DNA of 64,000 nucleotides from Candidatus Falkowbacteria bacterium. GTDB lineage: Bacteria > Patescibacteriota > Patescibacteriia > UBA11705 > JABHMO01. Location: positions 6,976 through 70,975 of the forward strand of contig JABHAL010000007.1 of assembly GCA_018674305.1 (NCBI GenBank). Direction: 5' to 3'. The notes beneath the pieces are model-generated. The model ran no database searches and was not told the DNA's origin. It was given only the letters and a program-made list of their open reading frames with translations. Of this stretch, positions 41,158-49,838 are shown piece after piece (position 1 is the first letter of the stretch; the number at the start of each line of letters is the position of its first letter). The position numbers and the translations under genes are program-made.

Positions 41158-41186
41158 TTGACAAAACAAATTAAATACAATAGAAT
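41158..41186 (+). promoter_or_regulatory. Sigma-70 promoter (TTGACA-17-TAGAAT) directly after the rplK stop
   Basis: Near-consensus hexamers. It precedes a 200-nt structured leader ahead of rplA. Confidence 0.5.
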
Positions 41187-41229
41187 AGGAAATGTTGTGG
41201 AAGTTCTAAATAACTTTAGAACGTTCGTA

Positions 41230-41332
41230 CCACGACCCAATCCATTTCATGGATTGCAGGGACAGAATAGTATTCTGGCCCGATGGAAAATATTTATATT
41301 TTCCAAGGTCGTGGTTAAAGCCACGATTTTTT
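41230..41332 (+). promoter_or_regulatory. Leader with mutually exclusive structures upstream of rplA (attenuator-like; L1 autoregulatory site?)
   Basis: Long-range stem CCACGACC(41230-37)/GGTCGTGG(41307-14) overlaps the terminator hairpin CGTGG-TTAAAG-CCACG (41310-25) plus T6. Confidence 0.4.
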
Positions 41333-41381
41333 ATTCTTCTATTACTAATTACTTTTTACTCATTACTAATTACACAAACTT

Positions 41382-42065
41382 ATGGCACAAAACACACGAT
41401 TAAAAAAGCTTTATACCTCTTTTGATAGAGACAAGCTTTACACAATCGAAGAAGCGCTAGCAACTGTAAAAAATTCAGCTACTGCTAAATTCGATGAAAC
41501 AATTGAATTACACATTAGATTGGGTATTGACCCAAAAAAGGGTGACCAACAAGTTCGTAGCACCGTTGTCTTACCTCACACTTTCGGTGAAGCAAAAAAA
41601 GTAGCTGCCTTTGTACCAACAGACAGAGAAAAAGAAGCCAAGGAATCTGGTGCTGACAAAGTTTATACTGAAGCTGATGTTCAAGCTTTGAAGAAATCAG
41701 GCAAAATCGATTTTGATATTGCTGTTTCTGTCCCAGAATTTATGAAGAACCTAGCGCCATTAGCTAGAATTCTTGGTCCAAAAGGTTTAATGCCATCACC
41801 AAAAAATGACACTATTACTACCAACCTAAAAAAAACTATTGCTGAATTAAAAAAAGGTAAAATCGCATTTAAAAATGATGATTCTGCTAATATTCACCAA
41901 GCAATTGGTAAGGTCAGTACAGACGACAAAGCTTTGATCGAAAATTACAGAACCTTCTTAGAAGCTGTAACCAAAGCTAAACCAGAAACATCCAAAGGCA
42001 CTTTTGTCAAAGGTTCAACTTTGTGTTCAAGCATGGGCCCTGGCGTAAAAGTTACACTGGAATAA
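41382..42065 (+). CDS. rplA: 50S ribosomal protein L1
   Basis: 'FDETIELHIRLGIDPKKGDQQVR..VVLPH' L1 signature. Confidence 0.92.
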   Translation: MAQNTRLKKLYTSFDRDKLYTIEEALATVKNSATAKFDETIELHIRLGIDPKKGDQQVRSTVVLPHTFGEAKKVAAFVPTDREKEAKESGADKVYTEADVQALKKSGKIDFDIAVSVPEFMKNLAPLARILGPKGLMPSPKNDTITTNLKKTIAELKKGKIAFKNDDSANIHQAIGKVSTDDKALIENYRTFLEAVTKAKPETSKGTFVKGSTLCSSMGPGVKVTLE

Positions 42066-42212
42066 ATTTATTCCTTCAAATAAAAAACACCGCTCACATC
42101 CCAGGCTGTCATCCTGAACTTGTTTCAGGATCTAGCCTGCGAGAATAAACCCACTCAACAATTTTAGATTCTGAAATGAATTCATAATGACAAAATTGTT
42201 GGATTAAAAAAA

Positions 42213-42239
42213 ACCGCTCACTTGGTGAGTCGGTTTTTT
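42213..42239. terminator. Terminator hairpin ACCGCTCACTTGGTGAGTCGGT plus T-run (copy 1)
   Basis: Bidirectional: A-run before and T-run after. A near-identical copy lies at 42914-42942. Confidence 0.55.
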
Positions 42240-42244
42240 GTTGT

Positions 42245-42481
42245 TCAAAACGGCGGATTCATATGATAGTTTTTGTCCGCCTCCATCCCCTTTTCTTTCT
42301 CCAAGCGAAGAGCTCGCCGTTCTCGCAAAATCGCGCAGGCCGCCAATGACTGTGTAGCATTCGCAGCTACCCTCTTTTCATCTTTCTTGTTAAAACTTTC
42401 AGATCTTGTAAGGACCATTTGTGAAAACTCCAACAATTCTTCATCAGTCATGTCTTTGATCTTCTTTTTACCATCCACCAT
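42245..42481 (-). CDS. Small hypothetical protein
   Basis: 78 aa, hydrophilic. Confidence 0.35.
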   Translation of the reverse strand: MVDGKKKIKDMTDEELLEFSQMVLTRSESFNKKDEKRVAANATQSLAACAILRERRALRLEKEKGMEADKNYHMNPPF

Positions 42482-42490
42482 ATTATCCTC

Positions 42491-42853
42491 CTATAAGAAT
42501 AAGGCAAAACCATTCCCAATAAACAAAGATGCATAAAACCATGTAAGACTGGTATAGTTCATTATGTTAGTTTCTTGTGGAGATTCAACAACTCCAAACA
42601 AAATTAAAAGTGTAAAAACCAATAAGGCTGCCAGGCTACAAATAAAACTAACTGCTCGGCCGTATATAATTGAAAAAAATATGGCTGACAAAAAAACAAT
42701 CACGCACAAACTTTCAGTTAAAAACATACCCACCTGAGCATGATTCACGCGAAGCAGTAGTAAATTTACAATCTTAAGAACAAACAACATTCCAACAAGA
42801 CAAATGACCAATTGATGATTTTTCTTCTCAACTTCACATTTCAATGAGCTCAT
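42491..42853 (-). CDS. Small membrane protein
   Basis: 120 aa with 3-4 TM helices. Confidence 0.4.
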   Translation of the reverse strand: MSSLKCEVEKKNHQLVICLVGMLFVLKIVNLLLLRVNHAQVGMFLTESLCVIVFLSAIFFSIIYGRAVSFICSLAALLVFTLLILFGVVESPQETNIMNYTSLTWFYASLFIGNGFALFL

Positions 42854-42913
42854 TTTTCACCTCCATATTGAACTAAATTTACCATCTAGAATCAGACTTG
42901 TCAATAATAAAAA

Positions 42914-42942
42914 ACCGCTCACTTGGTGAGACGGTTATTTTT
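42914..42942. terminator. Terminator hairpin ACCGCTCACTTGGTGAGACGGT (copy 2)
   Basis: Direct repeat of 42213-42239 with one substitution. Confidence 0.5.
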
Positions 42943-43163
42943 GGGAACTAACTACTTTACCCCGCAATCTTCACTTAATCTTATTGATCGAACTTTCTAC
43001 GGAGTTCAGCCAAACGCAACGTTGAGTCTGCTAGCCTAGCACATGCTATCTTGATCTCTGGCTGGAAATGATCGACACCTGTCTCAATCAAAGAAGCAGC
43101 ATAATCCAACAACTCATCCTGATCCATGTATTGAATTTTTTTTGGTGCATCCATTATACACTC

Positions 43164-43469
43164 CTAATCAACTGGCACAAAACCGGGGGTACTCTCTTCG
43201 ATGAACTCTTCAAAACAATTAAAGCATATCACTTCGCCATGACGATAAGTGTTTCGCAAGTATTCTTCTAGCTTTGCCCTAAAGGCTCTATCTAGATTTA
43301 AAATGACAACTCCCCGCTTGACCTTCACAATTTCAAACTGACGGTGAATACCATCACCCTGCTCATCACATTCTGCGCAAGATCGCTCCACTCCTTCCTC
43401 AATAATGCTGAAAAAAATATGCAAGCCATTGAATCCAGCCTCAGCGTTCTTTACTACACATTTATACAT
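43164..43469 (-). CDS. Hypothetical protein (101 aa)
   Basis: ORF with a CAEC...CFNC Cys pattern. A possible 57-aa ORF lies immediately upstream on the same strand (42977-43150). Confidence 0.4.
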   Translation of the reverse strand: MYKCVVKNAEAGFNGLHIFFSIIEEGVERSCAECDEQGDGIHRQFEIVKVKRGVVILNLDRAFRAKLEEYLRNTYRHGEVICFNCFEEFIEESTPGFVPVD

Positions 43470-43632
43470 GACATCCTCCTGTAAAATGAACCTAGTCTAA
43501 ATTAAAAGCATTCTTTTAATCATTTTCTAATCCTAGCATTTACTATAATTTTTGTCAACCTTATACACTTCTCAGGCCTCAACTTATCTGGTAAAATAAT
43601 TATGACAATGAAACTCATCTCATGCTTGTTGT

Positions 43633-44466
43633 ATGGCTACTCAATATGATGAACAATTCCGAGCAGCGGTTCTCAAAATAATGAATGAAGGGTTTGATGA
43701 ATACAATGAAAGAACCGGCCACACCTGTAAAGTTTTACCAGGTGTGACTTTTGAATTAGACACAGGGTTCCCTTTGCTAACCTTGAGAAAAATCCCAATA
43801 AAACTATTCGTGGCTGAGCAAATTTGGTATATTATGGGTAGTAGAAACCCCGATGACTTTGTTAATAAATTCACAGGAATTTGGAAAGATTTCACAGAAG
43901 AAGATGGCACCATTCCTGCAGCTTATGGTCACCGCTGGAGAAGCGCCTTTGGGAGAGATCAATTAGGCCTACTAGTTAAACATTTACAAGAAAATCCCGG
44001 CTCACGCCATGGAGTAGTCATTACCTGGGATCCACGTGAAGATGGTCTCGGTAATCCAGAATCAAAAAAGAACGTCCCCTGCCCTTACACTTGGACGGCT
44101 AACATTATAGGAAACAAACTACATATTCATTCTGTAATTAGATCAAACGACATGATGCTCGGCTGTCCACACGATGTGGCAGGTTTTTATTTATTACTTT
44201 GTGTCGTGGCTGCGAAACTTGGAGTTAAACCAGGAAAATTGACCCATACAATTTCCAATGCCCACATTTATGACATTCACTTTCAACATGCCTGGGAATT
44301 GGTGGAAAGAAATAATGATCACCCACCCCTTCAGTTTGAATCTCAAGCAGATCATTATGACCGAGCCGAAGCTGGTGATGAATCTTTGGTTCAAGAAATT
44401 GTAGACCAATTACAAAAAAATTATAATCCACTTGGTCCAATAAAAGGAATGAAGATAGTGTTATAA
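43633..44466 (+). CDS. Thymidylate synthase family pyrimidine C5-(hydroxy)methylase; Asp replaces the dUMP-specificity Asn
   Basis: Gap-free alignment to E. coli ThyA. 'VPCPY' aligns with PCH (catalytic Cys). 'RSNDMMLGCPHD' aligns with 'RSCDVFLGLPFN', so N177 becomes D. E58 and Y94 equivalents are present. Confidence 0.8.
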   Translation: MATQYDEQFRAAVLKIMNEGFDEYNERTGHTCKVLPGVTFELDTGFPLLTLRKIPIKLFVAEQIWYIMGSRNPDDFVNKFTGIWKDFTEEDGTIPAAYGHRWRSAFGRDQLGLLVKHLQENPGSRHGVVITWDPREDGLGNPESKKNVPCPYTWTANIIGNKLHIHSVIRSNDMMLGCPHDVAGFYLLLCVVAAKLGVKPGKLTHTISNAHIYDIHFQHAWELVERNNDHPPLQFESQADHYDRAEAGDESLVQEIVDQLQKNYNPLGPIKGMKIVL

Positions 44467-44592
44467 AATTATCAATTTTTCAATTTTCATTAAATTATAA
44501 ATTATCAGTTTTCAAATTATTCACACGACACGATAATTGAAAATTAGATCATTGAGAATTTATTGCAAATTGGAAATTACAAATTGAAAATT

Positions 44593-45105
44593 ATGAAAAA
44601 CACCCTCATGATGGTAATCACAACAGACGGTTTTATTGCCAAAAATGCTGGCCAGCCGTCAATCGAATGGACGTCAAATGCGGACAAAGAACTTTTTGTT
44701 GAAAAAACTAAGCAAGCTGGCGTAATCATAATGGGCAATTCAACTTACAAAACTATCAACAGACCGTTACCCGGTCGATTAATTAAAGTTTTAACGCGAA
44801 TTCCTGAGCAATTTACAAACATTGAAGGACAAATTGAATATACAAACAAACAACCACAAGAACTTCTAAAAGAACTTGAAGACAAAGGATTTACTGAAGC
44901 AATCCTGGCCGGCGGAACACAGGTCAATTCCCTATTTTTAGATCAAGGGTTAGTTGACGAATTGCTAATCACTATTGAACCAATTTTATTCGGTGGTGGA
45001 TTAAATCTATTCAAGGATTTAAATTTGAACATTAAACTTGAACTTCTAGAATATAAGGATTTGGGAAGTAATGTAATTAATTTAAAATATAAAATAATAA
45101 AATAA
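44593..45105 (+). CDS. Dihydrofolate reductase-like (RibD C-terminal / DHFR family)
   Basis: 'MMVITTDGFIA' and 'ILAGGTQVNSLFLDQGLVDELLITIEPILFGGG'. Confidence 0.65.
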   Translation: MKNTLMMVITTDGFIAKNAGQPSIEWTSNADKELFVEKTKQAGVIIMGNSTYKTINRPLPGRLIKVLTRIPEQFTNIEGQIEYTNKQPQELLKELEDKGFTEAILAGGTQVNSLFLDQGLVDELLITIEPILFGGGLNLFKDLNLNIKLELLEYKDLGSNVINLKYKIIK

Positions 45106-45134
45106 GCGAGGGGTAATTATTCTAACAAAACAAT

Positions 45135-45860
45135 ATGTCTACTCTAACTAAAAAAGAAATCCTACAAAGAATCCAAGAAGGAAAAATTACTTTCGCTCCA
45201 GAACTAGATGAATTTCAACTATCACCGAACTCAATTGATCTTCGTGTTGGCTGGAGTTTTTATATTCCTCACAGTTGGAAAATGAATTCAAAAGGTCGAG
45301 TAGCTGTTATTGCTGATTACCTGGACTACCAGAACATGGAAGAATATTTTAAGTTAATTAAACTTAGCCCAGGTCAATGCTTTGAAATTCTTCCGAAGGA
45401 ATTCATCTTGATTTCTACCTTAGAAAAAATAACCTTAAACTGTGGGGACATTGCTGGAACACTAATGCCCAGAAGTTCCGCGCTAAGAAGGGGCCTACAA
45501 ATTGAAACTGGAATGATTGATTGTCGTTATAGTGGCCAATTAACTATTCCCGTGGTTAACAACTCTCATCATATTATAAAATTGTATCCAGGAGAAAGAA
45601 TTTGCCAGGTACAACTATACAAACTAGAGAGTGATTTATCAAAAGAGGATGCAAAGAAACACGGCAAACAAGATGCTAAATATGCCGGTTCAACGCCCTA
45701 CTCTCTAGAATCCAAGGCTGACAACACTGAAGAAATTGAACAAATTAAACAAGGTAACCTAATAGAGCTCAAGCAAAAAAATAATTTGAAGACGTTGGCA
45801 GAAACGTCGCAACAGCTACCCAAAACTAATCAAGGAAATACTAATGCTCAGCAACTATAA
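45135..45860 (+). CDS. dCTP deaminase / dUTPase-superfamily protein with a long C-terminal tail
   Basis: 'SPNSIDLRVG' and 'RSSALRRGLQIETGMIDCRYSGQLTIPVVN' Dcd-like motifs. Confidence 0.65.
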   Translation: MSTLTKKEILQRIQEGKITFAPELDEFQLSPNSIDLRVGWSFYIPHSWKMNSKGRVAVIADYLDYQNMEEYFKLIKLSPGQCFEILPKEFILISTLEKITLNCGDIAGTLMPRSSALRRGLQIETGMIDCRYSGQLTIPVVNNSHHIIKLYPGERICQVQLYKLESDLSKEDAKKHGKQDAKYAGSTPYSLESKADNTEEIEQIKQGNLIELKQKNNLKTLAETSQQLPKTNQGNTNAQQL

Positions 45861-46317
45861 ATCACTAAAGGCATATCCATATATGCCGCCTGGATGTGAA
45901 ATTGTGTACGTCAAAGACGATAATCCTTTTATCCAGGCGGCGAAAAAAGTCGCTCTAGAATCTGGCTGTGTTAAACAATCAACTGGAGCTGTGATTGTAA
46001 TTGACAATCAAATAGTTGCCCAAGGCTCTAATGCAGGCCTGCGAGTTGAAGTTTGCCCACGAGTAGTTGAGAAATGCGCCACTGGGAAAGGTTATCATCA
46101 CTGCAAAGAGACTTGCAAACAAGATGGCCATGCCGAAGAACAAACAGCCAAGGATTTTCAAAGGAAAGCCTTAAGTTCTGAAGGTGCTGAAATGTTTCTT
46201 TGGGGTCATTGGTGGTGTTGTGAACCTTGCTGGGATTGGATAAAGAAAATTGGTTTAACAAAAGTTCATTTACTCGAAGGTGCCACTGAGATGTTTGACC
46301 TTGATGCCTCAAAATAA
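45844..46317 (+). CDS. dCMP / cytidine deaminase family zinc enzyme
   Basis: 'HAEEQ' and 'CCEPC' zinc-binding motifs (HAE...PCxxC). Confidence 0.7.
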   Translation: MLSNYKSLKAYPYMPPGCEIVYVKDDNPFIQAAKKVALESGCVKQSTGAVIVIDNQIVAQGSNAGLRVEVCPRVVEKCATGKGYHHCKETCKQDGHAEEQTAKDFQRKALSSEGAEMFLWGHWWCCEPCWDWIKKIGLTKVHLLEGATEMFDLDASK

Positions 46318-46359
46318 GGGCAAAAACTGCCCTTTTTATTTTACATAACACATATTAAT

Positions 46360-46917
46360 ATGAAAAAATTAATTATTGGATTTGTCGGTGAAATTGCTAG
46401 TGGCAAGGGCGAAGCTAGCGACTACATAACCAAAAAACACCAAACCGGTTATTTTCGTTTCTCTACAATTATCAGGGAAGTTCTCAAACGACTTCATCTA
46501 GAAGAATCACGAGAAACAATGCAAAGAATCTCTCTTGTTCTTCGAGAAAATTTTGGCCAGGACCTATTTGCAAAAGTAATAGCAAAAGATGCAGAAAATG
46601 ATCCACATCAAATTGTTTGCGTAGACGGAATTCGAAGAACTCCCGACATAAAATATCTCCGAGAGCTCCCCAATTTTCATTTAATTAATATCCAAACTGA
46701 AGAAAAAATTCGATTTGAAAGAATCATCAGGCGTGCAGAAAACCCTGACGATAAAAACAAAACTTTTCAGGAATTTCAAAAAGATCAGCAAGGAGAAACT
46801 GAACTAACCATTCGCGAAGTTGCCAAGCAAGCTAATTTCATTGTAAATAACAATGGAACATTCGAAGAATTGTACTCTCAGCTTGACGACTTGATTACCA
46901 AATTAAATACAGGCTAA
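46360..46917 (+). CDS. P-loop deoxynucleoside-monophosphate kinase, T4 gp1-like
   Basis: N-terminal 'MKKLIIGFVGEIASGKGEASDYI' and C-terminal 'IVNNNGTFEELYSQLDDLI' resemble T4 gp1 ('MKLIFLSGVKRSGKDTTADFI' ... 'VITNDGSLEELFSKIKNTL'). Confidence 0.55.
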   Translation: MKKLIIGFVGEIASGKGEASDYITKKHQTGYFRFSTIIREVLKRLHLEESRETMQRISLVLRENFGQDLFAKVIAKDAENDPHQIVCVDGIRRTPDIKYLRELPNFHLINIQTEEKIRFERIIRRAENPDDKNKTFQEFQKDQQGETELTIREVAKQANFIVNNNGTFEELYSQLDDLITKLNTG

Positions 46918-46943
46918 AAAAATGATTAATAAAATATAAAAAT

Positions 46944-47483
46944 ATGATTTTAGGAGTTGACGAACTTCATCGTCTAGTTAAAGAACAAAATCTAGTAGAA
47001 AATCTTTGTGATCGAGAATTAAATAATCCAGAGGGTTGTGGATTTGATCTTCGACTTGGTGCTGTATACGAAATTCAAGGTCAAGGCTATCTAGGTATTG
47101 AACAAAGAAAAACCCCAACCGAAAAGTTATTAGCTGAATATGACCCAACCAACAAACAATCATTCATTTTTGAACCTGGTAAATATTATTTAATGAAAAC
47201 AATTGAACGTATCAACACCCCAGACAATCTGGCGGTTCTTTTTCGCCCTAGAACAACTATCTTTCGCTCCGGAATGATGATATTCACAGGAAACGTTGCT
47301 CCAGGTTACAAAGGTGAATTAATTTTTGGAATCACAAACATGGGAAATAACCCAATCAACATTGAATTGGGCGCTCGCGTAGTTCATGCCTTATTTATTG
47401 AAGTCAAAGGTTCAACTAACTTATACAGGGGCCAATGGCAGAACGGTCGAGTTAGCGCCAACCAACTTGAAACTCAAGTTTGA
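46944..47483 (+). CDS. Second dCTP deaminase / dUTPase-superfamily protein
   Basis: 'GNVAPGYKGELIFGITNMGNNPINIELGARVVHALF' Dcd/dUTPase motif. Confidence 0.65.
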   Translation: MILGVDELHRLVKEQNLVENLCDRELNNPEGCGFDLRLGAVYEIQGQGYLGIEQRKTPTEKLLAEYDPTNKQSFIFEPGKYYLMKTIERINTPDNLAVLFRPRTTIFRSGMMIFTGNVAPGYKGELIFGITNMGNNPINIELGARVVHALFIEVKGSTNLYRGQWQNGRVSANQLETQV

Positions 47484-47486
47484 CAT

Positions 47487-48434
47487 ATGAATATTCAGAC
47501 CAAAAATCTCACCGCCAGTCTTATTCAGCTAACTGCTGAGAATATTTCGTTTTATGCTTTTCAACTTATAGTTGGTAATTGTTTAACCAGCAAATATAAG
47601 TTTACCAATGAATATATTCAACCACGAAAAACAGTCGAAGAATATGTAAACTTAATAAATGATTTTAAAAAACTAAACTTCAAGGGACACTTCCCTACTT
47701 TTGCCAGTTTAGTAAATGCTGAATTTATTCTAAACCAATCACAACTAAAAACTGTTCTTCACAAATCACTTAATCAAAACAAACCAGAATTGACACAACT
47801 TGCAGAACAATTAACATCTGATTCAATTACAACAACAACTACAGAAAATTTTGAGTCCCTTGAATATTCAAGTCAAGAAAAAAATTGCCCCTCTATCAGG
47901 ATTTTAGACATCGACAAGTCATTCAAAAACAAACTCTTGTTTTATTATCTATTTTTCAGAAACAGCAACCCAATATCAGAACTGATGGACAAAGCTGAAC
48001 TAATGACCATGGAAACTCAAGAACAAATTATCAAAAACATTTTCAACGCCGGTATTCAAGCTTCACTACCTTCGACCATAAGTAAATACCCATTTTGTAC
48101 TACTCAATTAGCGGTTCCTTTCTCAGAATATTTACCAATTTTTAATATTATCCAACCATCAGTTTGTTTTCAACCTTTTTCCACCAGACATGGCTTTTCG
48201 ACACCAGAGGAAGCTCCCAAATCAGAGCAACATGAACTATTATTAACTACCATGCAAAAAGCTAAAGATAATTTCGAAAAAAACAAGGACCCATATATCA
48301 TTCCACTCAACTTCAAGCAAAGCGCCAATCTAACTATAAACCTACTCCAATACGAAAAGTTAAAAAAATCTAATCAACCAATAAGTCAATCAATCATAAA
48401 AGAAATAAAAAATAATTTTAATTTTTTACCATAA
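47487..48434 (+). CDS. Hypothetical protein (315 aa) within the nucleotide-metabolism cluster
   Basis: ORF tightly packed between Dcd-like and tmk. Confidence 0.45.
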   Translation: MNIQTKNLTASLIQLTAENISFYAFQLIVGNCLTSKYKFTNEYIQPRKTVEEYVNLINDFKKLNFKGHFPTFASLVNAEFILNQSQLKTVLHKSLNQNKPELTQLAEQLTSDSITTTTTENFESLEYSSQEKNCPSIRILDIDKSFKNKLLFYYLFFRNSNPISELMDKAELMTMETQEQIIKNIFNAGIQASLPSTISKYPFCTTQLAVPFSEYLPIFNIIQPSVCFQPFSTRHGFSTPEEAPKSEQHELLLTTMQKAKDNFEKNKDPYIIPLNFKQSANLTINLLQYEKLKKSNQPISQSIIKEIKNNFNFLP

Positions 48435-48463
48435 GCAATAATTATATGATGGAGGATCAAATC

Positions 48464-49090
48464 ATGGGACAATTCATTGTTTTTGAAGGCGGTGAAGGGA
48501 CTGGGAAAACCACCCAAATTCAACGACTAGAAAACCGATTCAAGAAACACGGTCATAACGTTTTTTTGACTCGTGAACCAGGTGGCACAGAATGTGTTCT
48601 GGCTGAAAAAATCAGAACCCTATTAAAAGATCCGGCCCACACGGAAATGGTGCCGGAAGCTGAATTATTTTTATTTTTGGCTTCACGTGCACAACACGTT
48701 CGTCAAGTTATTCTCCCTCATATAAAACGAGGGGAAATTGTTATTTCTGACCGTTTTCATGGTTCCACATTTGCCTATCAACATTTCGGACGTGGCCTGT
48801 TTAACTTAGAAGAAGTAAAAAAGATTAATCAATTTGCCACTGGTGGCCTTGAGCCACATTTAACAATTTTATTAGACATCGACCCTCATGCTGGAATTGG
48901 GAGGATTGGTGATAGAAGAGATGGTGATCGACTGGACAGTGAAAGCATGGGTTTTCACCAAAAAGTTCGTACTGGTTTTTTAACTCTAGCGGAAACTCGC
49001 GCAGACTGGGCAGTAGTTAATGCAGACAATAACATTGAAGCTATTCATGATGATATTTGGCGACATATAGTTCACAAACTAGAATTATAA
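48464..49090 (+). CDS. tmk: Thymidylate kinase
   Basis: 'FIVFEGGEGTGKTTQ', 'LTREPGGT' and 'DRF'. SD GGAGGA lies 7 nt upstream of the ATG at 48464. Confidence 0.85.
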   Translation: MGQFIVFEGGEGTGKTTQIQRLENRFKKHGHNVFLTREPGGTECVLAEKIRTLLKDPAHTEMVPEAELFLFLASRAQHVRQVILPHIKRGEIVISDRFHGSTFAYQHFGRGLFNLEEVKKINQFATGGLEPHLTILLDIDPHAGIGRIGDRRDGDRLDSESMGFHQKVRTGFLTLAETRADWAVVNADNNIEAIHDDIWRHIVHKLEL

Positions 49091-49102
49091 TGGAGGTTAT
49101 TA

Positions 49103-49732
49103 ATGTTTAGACGAGGTTGTATTGACGTAATTGTTAGTTGTATGCGTGGAGGAAAAAGTGAACTTGCTCTTCATTGGATAAACCAAGAAAGCTATGGTAA
49201 AGGCAGAAAATACTTAATATTTCAACCTGATATTGCTGACCGAGAAGTGTGCTTGACTAATGGTGAAAAAATTGAGACCAAAGGTAGAGCTGTAAGTCGT
49301 TGTGGAACAATTTCTCATGAAAATGCAATTATTTTTCCTAAAAATGATCCTTGGAAAATCCTGGAATTCATTACTCCGGACATCACCACTGTTCTGATTG
49401 AAGAAGGCCATTTTTGTCACACTGACTTAGTTAAAGTTTGTAAAATTCTGGCTGAAAAGCATCTAATTCGAGTAATTGTTACTGGATTAGATCAAACTTT
49501 CCTAGAAGAACCTTTTGGTCCTATGCCCCACCTTTTATGTGAAGCTGACCATGTGAGAAAACTAAGTGCTGTATGCATGCACTGTGGTGAAGCTCCAGCA
49601 ACTAAAAGCTGGTTACATCCGACTTACAGAGAAAAAGTTCTTTCTGGATCAATTCATGTTGGTGATGAAGACTATCTTTCTGTTTGTCGACATTGCTTCC
49701 GCGAACTTGAAGCTAATCCACCGAAACCTTAA
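49103..49732 (+). CDS. tdk: Thymidine kinase (TK1 family)
   Basis: P-loop 'CMRGGKSE' and C-terminal zinc ribbon 'CMHCGE...CRHCF'. Confidence 0.7.
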   Translation: MFRRGCIDVIVSCMRGGKSELALHWINQESYGKGRKYLIFQPDIADREVCLTNGEKIETKGRAVSRCGTISHENAIIFPKNDPWKILEFITPDITTVLIEEGHFCHTDLVKVCKILAEKHLIRVIVTGLDQTFLEEPFGPMPHLLCEADHVRKLSAVCMHCGEAPATKSWLHPTYREKVLSGSIHVGDEDYLSVCRHCFRELEANPPKP

Positions 49733-49749
49733 ACAAAACAAGGGCTGTC

Positions 49750-49788
49750 TGCCACTCTCAGGCGCCCTTTATTTTTTAACCCAAATTT
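49750..49788 (+). terminator. Terminator after tdk
   Basis: AAGGGC...GCCCTT stem plus TTTATTTTTT. Confidence 0.45.
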
Positions 49789-49838
49789 GTTATAATCTTC
49801 TTGTTATCACCTTTATCCCTTTTATCCCCTTTTTCCAT

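Noticed and set aside
49566-49838. Long N-terminal extension of the gatB ORF, and similar upstream extensions for nusG (39940), rplK (40684), rpmE (14931), miaA, miaB, prs and iscR
   Set aside because: The ORF track runs from the first possible start (including TTG and GTG). Conserved protein N-termini and promoter/RBS positions indicate internal ATG starts. The extensions overlap terminators and leader motifs.
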